Part shown: one piece after another, positions 1 through 8,623 of the stretch
Numbering within the stretch: the first letter of the stretch is position 1
Layout: each line of letters starts with the position of its first letter
Position numbers and translations under genes: made by a program
The notes under the pieces: model-generated
The model's database searches: none
Told to the model about the DNA's origin: nothing
The model's input: only the letters and a program-made list of their open reading frames with translations
IMG/VR virus record: IMGVR_UViG_3300034101_006118
Length of the DNA: 64,000 bases
Origin: an uncultured virus (IMG/VR IMGVR_UViG_3300034101_006118)
Lineage: Duplodnaviria > Heunggongvirae > Uroviricota > Caudoviricetes
Direction: 5' to 3' (one strand)

Positions 1-195
1 TCAACAGAAATATAATTAAAAATCTTGCTGTTTTTCACGACACATCTCCTTACAGGGTTGCATCTTTCACATTGCCTCATATTCAGCAAAAATATCGAAG
101 TGAAATTTTTGAATTGGCAAAAAATCCTATCTGCTCTGGATTAACTGATTTTACTTACTCTAGAGGATTTATGGCTTTGTGGTTGAGGTGATGTT

Positions 196-1020
196 ATGAT
201 TGATATTCAGATTGACGAAGAAAAATTGAAATTTAATTTCATGTCTCCTTTATATGAATATTTTTTAGTATTTGATAACTATAAATATTATTGTTATAAT
301 AGACAAGAATTAGATGAAAAATTAAAAAATAAAAATGTTATTACAAGATTGATTATTCACAATTCATATTGTGTGGCTTTATTTACAAATGCAGAACATT
401 TTAATTGTGCAGAATTCCGTGATTTTTTGCAGGCTATTGTGAACAAAGTGCCTTTTTTCGCCGAATATGAACTTGTTGGTCTTAATCAAAACTTTGGGAC
501 AATTGAAGAATATCTTCAAAATAAAATAACCAAGTTGGAAGAATTAGAATTTCTATATCATGGAACATCATCTTATTATGCTGATATTATTCTAAAAGAA
601 GGAATTAAACCGAGAAAACATACTAATGTTTCGGCTTCTTTCGCAGGAACAAATGAAGAAGGTAGCCCGAATTGCATTTATCTATGCACACATCCAAGAT
701 ATGGATTGAAGAGGGCAGGAGCGGCAGCAATGAGAAAATCAAATGGAGAAAACACTCTTCTAAAAATAGACATTGCTGGTATTGATAAATCAAAATTAAA
801 ATGTTGCGATCAAATAAATAAAAATGATATATCAATTGAAGAAAGTCTTTTGATAAGCAAAAATTTGCGTTATTTTGGAACAATTGAGCCAAATTATATT
901 ACAAATGAAGGCATTATTCCCTATAATCTTCTTAATATTAAGGCCATGCAATACTATGCCTCAAAAGAAAACAATGATCTAAATCGTGCAAGCACAGATT
1001 CATCGATGCAAGGCAAGTAA
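196..1020 (+). CDS. ADP-ribosyltransferase-like / Tpt1-KptA-like NAD-binding domain protein
   Basis: C-terminal half has LYHGTS...ILKEGIKP...CIYL, the H-G-T/Y signature of ART/Tpt1-like folds. Confidence 0.5.
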   Translation: MIDIQIDEEKLKFNFMSPLYEYFLVFDNYKYYCYNRQELDEKLKNKNVITRLIIHNSYCVALFTNAEHFNCAEFRDFLQAIVNKVPFFAEYELVGLNQNFGTIEEYLQNKITKLEELEFLYHGTSSYYADIILKEGIKPRKHTNVSASFAGTNEEGSPNCIYLCTHPRYGLKRAGAAAMRKSNGENTLLKIDIAGIDKSKLKCCDQINKNDISIEESLLISKNLRYFGTIEPNYITNEGIIPYNLLNIKAMQYYASKENNDLNRASTDSSMQGK

Positions 1021-1700
1021 ACATTCAGGTCAAAATTAATTTTCTTGTAGTCTTCTTCCGTGAATAGTTTTTTCACGAAAGGACTTATTGCAAGATAATA
1101 TGGAGAAATCTTACCAAGATTGATCCATCTGAATATATTGTTGTTGATATATGATTCCTTATACTTATCAAAATTCACATCAGGTCCAAATGTCTTAACA
1201 ATAAATTCTTTGGTCTTCTCAATACCTTCCAAAGCTTTTTGTATACCAACTCCAGTAACCTCAACCGTGTCCTTAGGATTATTTCTGACCTGATCGTATT
1301 TTTTCTTCCAAAGCTTCCATCTTTTCCAAGCCTTTTCTCCCACCAAACAATTTGGATCAATCAATGGATGATCATTATCACGGTTGATAGCTTTAAGAAT
1401 ATCAAGCTGGGCTCTGATATAAAGAGGATATTCTTCTTTGGTCAGAATACCATTTGTTTCACGAACTAACTTATAAGCAATTTTGAATATAAGTGATTTG
1501 CGTGGATCGCCTTTTTTCATAGTGGCGTGACGATAGTCTGGAAATTTTTTGCGACTCTGTTCGAGCCACATTGAAGCTATATGGCAAGCCTGAGTTTCAA
1601 GCTCATCCATCTCATACTTCTCAGCAGACTCGATGATCCACATGAAATTTTCCTCTTTTTTTTCGTGCTTCATCATACTCCTATACCTCAAGCGACTCAA
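954..1700 (-). CDS. hypothetical phage protein
   Basis: 248-aa ORF, TAAATA just upstream; start uncertain. Confidence 0.6.
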   Translation of the reverse strand: MSRLRYRSMMKHEKKEENFMWIIESAEKYEMDELETQACHIASMWLEQSRKKFPDYRHATMKKGDPRKSLIFKIAYKLVRETNGILTKEEYPLYIRAQLDILKAINRDNDHPLIDPNCLVGEKAWKRWKLWKKKYDQVRNNPKDTVEVTGVGIQKALEGIEKTKEFIVKTFGPDVNFDKYKESYINNNIFRWINLGKISPYYLAISPFVKKLFTEEDYKKINFDLNVYLPCIDESVLARFRSLFSFEA

Positions 1701-1713
1701 GGTTATTTATCCC

Positions 1714-2601
1714 ATGAAAATTGCAATGTGCCCACTAGTAAGCAGAGATCTTCCAAAAGCTATCAGAGCAACCAATTCTTGTAGAAATCAATTTCCAACT
1801 GAACAATTTCAAGTTGAAACAGTTGCAATTGTTAACTCAAAGAATCAAGAATTCATAGATGAGTTCTGCTCATGGTGCGAATCTGAACAAGTAAAATATG
1901 TCATTACTGAATCAAATGGAACACCAAGCAGAGGAAAAAATAGCGTTCTTCAGTTTCTTAGAGACTCGGACTATGACGGAGTAAGCATGACAGATGGAGA
2001 TGATTTAGTCTATCCAACTGGAGCTTTGCAAATTGAAAGACATCTTCTTCACCATCCAACCACAGATGTTTTGATAGTTAAGCCTTCTGATCAAGTTACA
2101 AACCATGAATCATATGGAAGTGTTCAAATTAAAGAAGGAAACTATGCTGTTTGTTGGGGTATGAATATTGTTAAGTTGGGATATACTTATGGTCCCGGTA
2201 AAAGCGAAATATTTAATTCAGGACATTTTGCAGCAAGAAATTTAGGAGGACATGTTTTTTATAGCAAGAAGGTTGCACAACTTGTTCAATATGATGAAGA
2301 ACAATTGTTGGGAGAAGACTTGCTTTTAGAATTTAATCTTCTCAAGCTTCATCAAGAAAGAAAAATATGTTTTTGGTTAAGTTTTGCAAGTGATGTACAG
2401 ATGCTAGACAGAACTGAGCAAGAAAGTATTCAATATACAAAGAATGGAACAGATGGGGCTCAATCTTTTGAAAGGTTAATTCAAAAAGTGAGAGAGATAT
2501 TGCCTGAAGACAGAAGTTCATTTGATGAATTGCCCGTAGAGTTCCCAGAATTGTTATTTTCACATGGCGAAAAAATTGAATGGTTGAAGCAAGTTTTTTG
2601 A
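1714..2601 (+). CDS. glycosyltransferase family 2-like protein
   Basis: SNGTPSRGKN, DGDD (DxD) and GED motifs; ATG at 1714 chosen within ORF 1633-2601. Confidence 0.7.
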   Translation: MKIAMCPLVSRDLPKAIRATNSCRNQFPTEQFQVETVAIVNSKNQEFIDEFCSWCESEQVKYVITESNGTPSRGKNSVLQFLRDSDYDGVSMTDGDDLVYPTGALQIERHLLHHPTTDVLIVKPSDQVTNHESYGSVQIKEGNYAVCWGMNIVKLGYTYGPGKSEIFNSGHFAARNLGGHVFYSKKVAQLVQYDEEQLLGEDLLLEFNLLKLHQERKICFWLSFASDVQMLDRTEQESIQYTKNGTDGAQSFERLIQKVREILPEDRSSFDELPVEFPELLFSHGEKIEWLKQVF

Positions 2602-2608
2602 AAATTGA

Positions 2609-2637
2609 TTGCAAAAAAGAATCTAAGTGATTACAAT
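2609..2637 (+). promoter_or_regulatory. sigma70-type promoter (TTGCAA-N17-TACAAT)
   Basis: Consensus-like hexamers with 17-nt spacing; directly precedes the structured non-coding region. Confidence 0.6.
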
Positions 2638-2643
2638 AAGAAA

Positions 2644-3150
2644 TGGCTAAGGGTAATTCTCACTCATTCCGCTCACAAGGTGTTATGAGTTAAGCCCAAA
2701 GCAAAGACAGAAGAAGGTTTCGCACTTAAAGACTTTCATCGTGATTGTCGCCTTTAATGTCTTTGTTGTCAAACCTGCGAGGCCCTTACCAAGGGTGGGT
2801 CTTTGTAGTTGTTCTACAACGAATGCTTTAACGGGAAGCATTGTACTCGCAGCAGCAGAGGTCAAGCCGGATAGAAATGATGCTGACTCTCAAGAAAAAC
2901 CCCTGTAGTTTGTTTTGCAAAAAGCAAATGAGAAATGGAAAATTCTTGAGCTATTCGGTTTTAGGTTTGCTGCAAATAAAAGTGCGCCATCTGACTCAAT
3001 CCCAAGAAGTTATTGCTGGAGTAAATAGGTTTAGTAAACAAGAATATGGCTTAAACGCCAAAAAATTGCTCTACTAAACAAGTTTACTCAATATCTCACT
3101 TTTAATGTGATATATACAGCAATAACCATTTGGGTCAGCATCCCGTTCTA
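2644..3150 (+). ncRNA. candidate large structured non-coding RNA (~500 nt), family unassigned
   Basis: More than ten nested helices with G-U pairs on the + strand, a GCAA tetraloop, upstream promoter, no convincing ORF. Confidence 0.65.
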
Positions 3151-3216
3151 GTTTTTGATTGTAAATAAAAAAAACAAATTACCTAAATTAACAAATTTTT
3201 GCATAATTTAACATGA

Positions 3217-3245
3217 TTGACCTAACTGCTTTTTTCGGCTATAAC
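3217..3245 (+). promoter_or_regulatory. sigma70-type promoter (TTGACC-N17-TATAAC) for polA operon
   Basis: Near-consensus hexamers, 17-nt spacer, ~60 nt before ATG 3307. Confidence 0.6.
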
Positions 3246-3306
3246 CTGACGAAGAATTAGCCTTCACTCACAGAGTGACGGAAAATGGCCTACAAGCTGG
3301 TGATTC

Positions 3307-4644
3307 ATGTATTTTGACTCTTTGTCCAAGTTGCTCTGTCAAATCGAGCGTAAGCCCCTTTTCTTGCGATTTAATCCCACTCCTTTTGATTTCACGGACA
3401 AGGATTCAGTCAATGAGATGCAATTCTTTCTTCCTGATGGTGTCACATTTCAAATTTTGCTCAAGGATGAATCTTTGCCTTTGGTTTTGAGTATGTTGCA
3501 GTTGTCTGTTTTTTCTGGCGACAACAAAGTCTTCGCATGGGATTGGAAATCATTTATTTCACATGTTCTTGCAAAGACTGGCAAGTTATATTCTATTGAA
3601 TCATCTGTTGTTGATCTTAAGATTTTAGAAAGTTACAACGGAATCAAGAAATCATGTCCTGAGACATTTGTTGAGTGTTTTAACAGAATAAAGTATTTGG
3701 TATCATCTGGTCTATGGAAAGACTGTGAAAATATTTACAAGAAGATTCATTTGCCTTTGATGACAAATGTCATTCCTTATTTGGAAACAGTAGGCATTCT
3801 TGACTTGAATGCTGGCAAGAAGGTTCATGCTCATTATGAGATTGATGGTCAGGAGAATGGCAGATTAAGATGTCACAATGCTTTTAAGAATGGTTTTGTG
3901 CCACATGCAATGGGATCGGATATCAAGGAGAAGTTGAAGCCTGTCGGCTATGATTCTCTTTTCATGGCTTTTGATTACAAGGGCATGGAAGCGTTTGTTC
4001 TTGCCTATTTGAGCAAAGACGAAAGGTTGATGAGTTTTTGTCAGGAAGAGGACATTTATGCTTCTTTGGCAAAGTCATTATTTGGATCGAATTCTGAAAA
4101 AATTGATCGTGAATTGGTGAAAAAATGTTTTTTGCCGGTTATATATGGACAGTCGGCCCGTTCTCTTTCTTTGCGTTGCGGAATGGCTGCTGATGTCGCA
4201 GAAGGCGTTGTGGAACGAATTAGTTCTTTGTTCAATACTGCGCTTTCATTCGTTGCTGATTGTGAAGAAAAAGTAAAACAAAATGGATTTGCCAAAGATG
4301 TTTTTGGTAAAAGAAGAAACAACTTTGAGTTAGGCAAGGAATATTTAGCCAGAAACTTTGCTGTGCAATCACCCGCATCAACGATATGTCTTGAGAAACT
4401 TATCAATCTTCATATTTCCATACAAAACTTAAATCAAAGCTTGAAGGATAAGGCTCAAATTTCTTATACTGTTCATGACGGTTATGTTTTGTATGTTACG
4501 AAGGATAATTGGAAACAAGTTTACAAGAGAAGTATGGAAGCATTGTGCGGAGAATCCGAGCTTTGTCCCGGTCTGCGACTGAAGGTTTCATGTCGTGGAG
4601 GGAGAAACCTGAATGACCTGAAAATGATTAAAGATCGAAAGTGA
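3307..4644 (+). CDS. polA: compact family A DNA polymerase
   Basis: ENGRL, motif A DYKGME, motif B RxxxKxxxLxxxYG, NFAVQS, motif C VHDG. Confidence 0.8.
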   Translation: MYFDSLSKLLCQIERKPLFLRFNPTPFDFTDKDSVNEMQFFLPDGVTFQILLKDESLPLVLSMLQLSVFSGDNKVFAWDWKSFISHVLAKTGKLYSIESSVVDLKILESYNGIKKSCPETFVECFNRIKYLVSSGLWKDCENIYKKIHLPLMTNVIPYLETVGILDLNAGKKVHAHYEIDGQENGRLRCHNAFKNGFVPHAMGSDIKEKLKPVGYDSLFMAFDYKGMEAFVLAYLSKDERLMSFCQEEDIYASLAKSLFGSNSEKIDRELVKKCFLPVIYGQSARSLSLRCGMAADVAEGVVERISSLFNTALSFVADCEEKVKQNGFAKDVFGKRRNNFELGKEYLARNFAVQSPASTICLEKLINLHISIQNLNQSLKDKAQISYTVHDGYVLYVTKDNWKQVYKRSMEALCGESELCPGLRLKVSCRGGRNLNDLKMIKDRK

Positions 4645-5204
4645 AGGAAAAAATGATTGAGATTGTTCACAATTTTCCGATAACAGAAGAAGAATTTTTG
4701 GACCTTGACAAGAAATTTTCAAAGCTTTGCTGGCATGCTGCTCACGAATTGAAGAAGAAAAACACAAACAATAATTTCATTGATGATCCTGAGGACATTA
4801 AACAAGAATTACAAATGAGCATGCTTCGTGCCGGAAGCTATTACAAGAGACAGGTTTATATTGAGAAGTGTCTTGATATTGCTAAGAAGTTCGTCGAGGA
4901 CAAATTAATTTTGAAGGTTTTATTGGAACTGGAAAATCTTTGGGAAAATAGGACTAGGCATGGTGCCAATAGGCAAAAGTATGGTGCTTTCCAAGAGAAT
5001 CTTCTTGAAAAGATTATTCGTAATTTTGTGCCGAAGGAAAATAGGCCAAACAAGAATGCGCCTTTGAAAATGGACAGCAAGTTTGTGACTTATTGCAAGG
5101 CCATCGTATGGAATGGCCAGAAATCGATGGGCAAGAAGATCACTAGGGAAAAATCAATTCGTAGTGGTATGGTTTCTTTGAGCGAGTTTGAATTTTTGCA
5201 TTGA
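4641..5204 (+). CDS. sigma-70 region-2-like protein (possible late sigma factor)
   Basis: EDIKQELQMSMLRA ... SKFVTYCKAIVWN resembles sigma regions 2.2-2.4; no region 4; ~185 aa. Confidence 0.45.
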   Translation: MKEKMIEIVHNFPITEEEFLDLDKKFSKLCWHAAHELKKKNTNNNFIDDPEDIKQELQMSMLRAGSYYKRQVYIEKCLDIAKKFVEDKLILKVLLELENLWENRTRHGANRQKYGAFQENLLEKIIRNFVPKENRPNKNAPLKMDSKFVTYCKAIVWNGQKSMGKKITREKSIRSGMVSLSEFEFLH

Positions 5205-5216
5205 TATCAATATAAT
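5188..5216 (+). promoter_or_regulatory. sigma70-type promoter (TTGAAT-N17-TATAAT)
   Basis: Perfect -10, 17-nt spacer. Confidence 0.6.
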
Positions 5217-5220
5217 ATTT

Positions 5221-5322
5221 TGAGCGGTATAGTTTGCCATCTAATCGACAATTTATATTTTGTAACTATAATCGATAATAATCCAAATCGGTTGAGAATT
5301 ATGGTGTGCCGCTCATTTTTTT
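5221..5322 (+). ncRNA. candidate ~100-nt small RNA
   Basis: TGAGCGGTATA (5221-5231) pairs with TGTGCCGCTCA (5305-5315) with 2 G-U pairs; T7 tract follows; promoter upstream. Confidence 0.5.
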
Positions 5323-5424
5323 GAATTTTTTCCTCTCCCACAAAAAAATAAATTGAAAAAAAGCCTATCTTGTTTGCCATTGTTTATGGTAAGATAGTGG
5401 CATTATTGCATATGAGGTCTTGGA

Positions 5425-6957
5425 ATGCGTGAACTTACACCAGAAGAACAAGCTCAACTTGAGTCGATGACCGATCCAGAGGTGATCAAGCCTAAGTTTG
5501 CGTGGGATGATACATTTCAGCGCAAATTGCTTGCGATGCTTTTAACTGACGAATACATGCTTGTTCAAGCCATGGACAAAGTGAAGCCAGAGTATTTTAG
5601 CAATGAAGCTCATACTCTGATCTGCAAGATACTGATTCAACATTTTACCAAGGAAAAGGTCCGTCCTAGCGAGTGGATTATTCAGCAGGAGTTGAATAAT
5701 TCTTTGAAGGATAGAGACAGAACAATTCAGCTTCATTATGCGGCTGAATTGAAAAGTATTTATGATTACTACACTTCCGGTTTAGACAGTCGTGAATACC
5801 TTATTGATAAGGTGACTTACTTTGCTAAGGTTCAAGCAGTAAAGCTGGCATTTCATGCTTCTTTGGAAAAGATGCAAGAGGCACCAGAAGACGAGAAGAC
5901 TTGGGGTTTTGTATACGAAAAAATGCGCCAAGCCATGCTCATTGATAGAAGTTATGAGCCCGGTCTTGAATACTTCATGAACATCGAAGAGATGTTCAAA
6001 AGAATGGAAGATGTGTTCGTAGGCAAAGAGAGGTTTACATCAGGATTTCCATCTATTGATAATGCTCTGACTGGAGGTGGTTTATTTATTGGTCAGATAG
6101 CAAGTTGGATTGGTTTGCCCGGTACTGGAAAGTCTCTTGCTCTTGTAAAGGCTGCTGTTGAAAATGTTCTTTTGGGACACAAGGTTCTTTACATCACATT
6201 GGAAATGGATGAACTTGGTATTGTTCAGCGTTTTACAAGTCAATTTGCGAAAAAGGACATCAATAACCTTAGGCAGATGAAAGAAGAAATCAAAGAGACG
6301 ATAGAAGAATTCAAGAAAGACAAAGTTGATCCTAACCTTTTGCATGTCAAACAATTTCCCGGTGGCCAACTTGATGTCAATGGCATCAGAGCATATATGG
6401 CACAATTAGAGCTTCGTGGATGGAAGCCAAATGTGCTTATTGTTGACTATGTTGGCGAAATGAAAGATGATCCTTCCGTCAAGAAATATGAATCTGCATA
6501 TCGTATTCTTCGTGATCTAAGGGGATTTGGTGTTGAAAAAGGACATGTAACATTTACATGTGTGCAGCCAAATCAGACTGCGGCAAAGTTGGAAATTGGG
6601 CAATATATTGACGAATCCAATATCGGCACAAGCTTTGACCAGTTCAAGCCATTGGATGCTTTTTGGTCAATTAACCAGCAAGTTCTCGAAAAAGATGCCG
6701 AGGTTGGAAGAATTTTTGTCATTAAGCACAGAAATGGTCGATCAAGATTTAGCTTTAAGATTGGATTTGATTATAAGATTGGTACATTGGACATGTTTGA
6801 AATTAGCAAGGATACATATCGTGAGCGCATGAACTTAGTACAAGAGAAGAAAGCGGAAGAAGTTACTATGGACAATGTGGGCGATGCTTCATCCGGTGGA
6901 AAAAAGCAGCGCAGCAAGAAAGGTTTCAATCCAGAAAACGACACATACGAGGCTTAA
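5425..6957 (+). CDS. dnaB: DnaB/T4 gp41-like replicative helicase
   Basis: Walker A GLPGTGKS, ITLEM, LIVDY, KHRNG arginine finger. Confidence 0.9.
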   Translation: MRELTPEEQAQLESMTDPEVIKPKFAWDDTFQRKLLAMLLTDEYMLVQAMDKVKPEYFSNEAHTLICKILIQHFTKEKVRPSEWIIQQELNNSLKDRDRTIQLHYAAELKSIYDYYTSGLDSREYLIDKVTYFAKVQAVKLAFHASLEKMQEAPEDEKTWGFVYEKMRQAMLIDRSYEPGLEYFMNIEEMFKRMEDVFVGKERFTSGFPSIDNALTGGGLFIGQIASWIGLPGTGKSLALVKAAVENVLLGHKVLYITLEMDELGIVQRFTSQFAKKDINNLRQMKEEIKETIEEFKKDKVDPNLLHVKQFPGGQLDVNGIRAYMAQLELRGWKPNVLIVDYVGEMKDDPSVKKYESAYRILRDLRGFGVEKGHVTFTCVQPNQTAAKLEIGQYIDESNIGTSFDQFKPLDAFWSINQQVLEKDAEVGRIFVIKHRNGRSRFSFKIGFDYKIGTLDMFEISKDTYRERMNLVQEKKAEEVTMDNVGDASSGGKKQRSKKGFNPENDTYEA

Positions 6958-6958
6958 A

Positions 6959-7132
6959 ATGGCAAAGTTCAAGGTTTTCGAGAATATTCTCAATGAGTAT
7001 GTCAATCATCCTACTCAGGTTTTCGTAGAAGAAATTGAGGCTTCTTCTCCAGAAGAAGCAATTCAGTTTATAAGAATGATGCATCCAAACAAGGGAATGT
7101 TGACAGTTAACGGTCAGCAATACGAGGGGTAA
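6959..7132 (+). CDS. small hypothetical protein
   Basis: ATG immediately after helicase stop, fills the gap in the operon. Confidence 0.55.
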   Translation: MAKFKVFENILNEYVNHPTQVFVEEIEASSPEEAIQFIRMMHPNKGMLTVNGQQYEG

Positions 7133-7134
7133 AA

Positions 7135-7629
7135 ATGGCTAATGAAGCACCTATTGAAAAGGTGTCGGTTGTTGTTCAGGGTCGAAGAATTGTTCTTGAC
7201 CCTGAAAACATGAAGTATAATGAAAATAATTTGCCTGAATACATGAGCAAGGAATACGGGTGGATAGATTATTTAGGCAAACAGCTTGAGTATGCACAGA
7301 AAGAAGTGCTTTTGGCTGAGATTGATGCCGAGTCAGTTTATAGTTCCAAATTCATGGAATCTAAGGACACCGGCAATTCAGACAATTATGCCAAGGCTTA
7401 TTCCAACAGTCATGTTGATGTTGTTGCTGCCAAAAAAAATGTTGTCGAGCGCAAAGAAGCTGTTGGTCATTTGAGGGCACATCTTGCTGCTTGGAGCAAG
7501 AATCATGAAAATGCCCAGAACAGAGGTCATACAATCAGAGCCGAAATGAAGGTTTTGAATCGTGACATTTATGAAACACCAGAAGAAAACAAAAGTGTTT
7601 CTTTTGAGGAATATCTTAAATCAAATTGA
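7135..7629 (+). CDS. UvsY-like recombination mediator (helical)
   Basis: Size, helical pattern and position after the helicase. Confidence 0.45.
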   Translation: MANEAPIEKVSVVVQGRRIVLDPENMKYNENNLPEYMSKEYGWIDYLGKQLEYAQKEVLLAEIDAESVYSSKFMESKDTGNSDNYAKAYSNSHVDVVAAKKNVVERKEAVGHLRAHLAAWSKNHENAQNRGHTIRAEMKVLNRDIYETPEENKSVSFEEYLKSN

Positions 7630-7692
7630 CAATTATTTCCATTTTTGTCACAATCTTTCATACGCAACTGACAACCATGGAAGGGGTTAAAA

Positions 7693-8214
7693 ATGTCTGA
7701 ATCCACTATACGCTGGCTTCGTCAAAGTGACTTAGAACAAATAGTAGAGATTGAAGAACAGACATTTCCCCATCCTTGGGATATGCAAGATTTTGAAATT
7801 TGTCTTAGAAAGAAAAATGCATTTGGAGTTGTGCAGATTCTTGATGAAAAAGTCATAGGTTATATGATTTTTCAATGCACATCCAAGTCATATAACATAC
7901 TCAGCATTGCCGTTGATCCAAAACATCAAAAATGTGGAAATGGCAGGAAAATGATTGAATATGTTAAAAATAAAATAAGAGCATCAACTGAAGGTCCAAA
8001 AAATCAAATTATTTTGATTGTAAGTGATCAAAACCTTGTTTGTCATAAATTCTTGAAGTCTCTTGATTTTGTTGCCACTAAAATAAACAAAGACTATTTT
8101 GGACCAGATCATGATGCTTATCATTTTGTCATGGACATGAGAGATCAGAAGAAGATTAAAGTAAAAAAAAAGGGAAGGACTGGTAAGGTAAAAGATGTCG
8201 ATAAAATGGAATAA
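7693..8214 (+). CDS. rimI: RimI-like GNAT N-acetyltransferase
   Basis: IRW...EIEEQTFPHPW, SIAVDP..QKCGNG acetyl-CoA motif, N...F..GF-like segment, DAY. Confidence 0.8.
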   Translation: MSESTIRWLRQSDLEQIVEIEEQTFPHPWDMQDFEICLRKKNAFGVVQILDEKVIGYMIFQCTSKSYNILSIAVDPKHQKCGNGRKMIEYVKNKIRASTEGPKNQIILIVSDQNLVCHKFLKSLDFVATKINKDYFGPDHDAYHFVMDMRDQKKIKVKKKGRTGKVKDVDKME

Positions 8215-8623
8215 GTGGTTTTTGGGTCTAGCCGAATACATTTCGACAGCATCTAAAGACCCAAGCACCAAGGTTGGAGCGGTAATTGTCGATGATGATA
8301 GAAGAGTTGTTTCAACTGGTTACAATGGCTTTCCAAGAGGCATACAGGACACCGAAGAAAGGCTCAACAACCGTGATTTGAAATATTCCATTATTGTTCA
8401 TGCTGAGAGGAATGCTCTTCTTTTCGCAAGGGGATCAGTCAAGGGATGCACAATATATACTTATCCAATGATGCCATGTTCAGTTTGTGCTTCGATGATA
8501 ATTCAATCTGGAATCAAGAAGGTAGTTTCTCCAAATAGCGACAATCCAAGATGGAAGGATCATATAGAGCTTTCTTTGGTTCTTTTTAGGGAAGCGGGAG
8601 TCGAAGTGGAATTCGTTGACTAA
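8195..8623 (+). CDS. dCMP deaminase
   Basis: SKDPSTKVGA, GYNGFPRG, HAERNA, PCxxC. Confidence 0.92.
   Translation: MSIKWNKWFLGLAEYISTASKDPSTKVGAVIVDDDRRVVSTGYNGFPRGIQDTEERLNNRDLKYSIIVHAERNALLFARGSVKGCTIYTYPMMPCSVCASMIIQSGIKKVVSPNSDNPRWKDHIELSLVLFREAGVEVEFVD

Noticed and set aside
2683..3077. Short ORFs 2683-2865(-) and 2841-3077(+)
   Set aside because: No SD, atypical composition, non-ATG start for the + ORF; region better explained by RNA structure
2644..3150. RNase P RNA, group I/II intron or IscB omega-RNA identity for the large RNA
   Set aside because: No GAGGAAAGUCC/P4, no domain V, no interrupted gene or adjacent IscB/TnpB recognised
3265..3281. CACTCACAGAGTGACGG as another handle mimic
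   Set aside because: Only the right half matches; forms a different small hairpin
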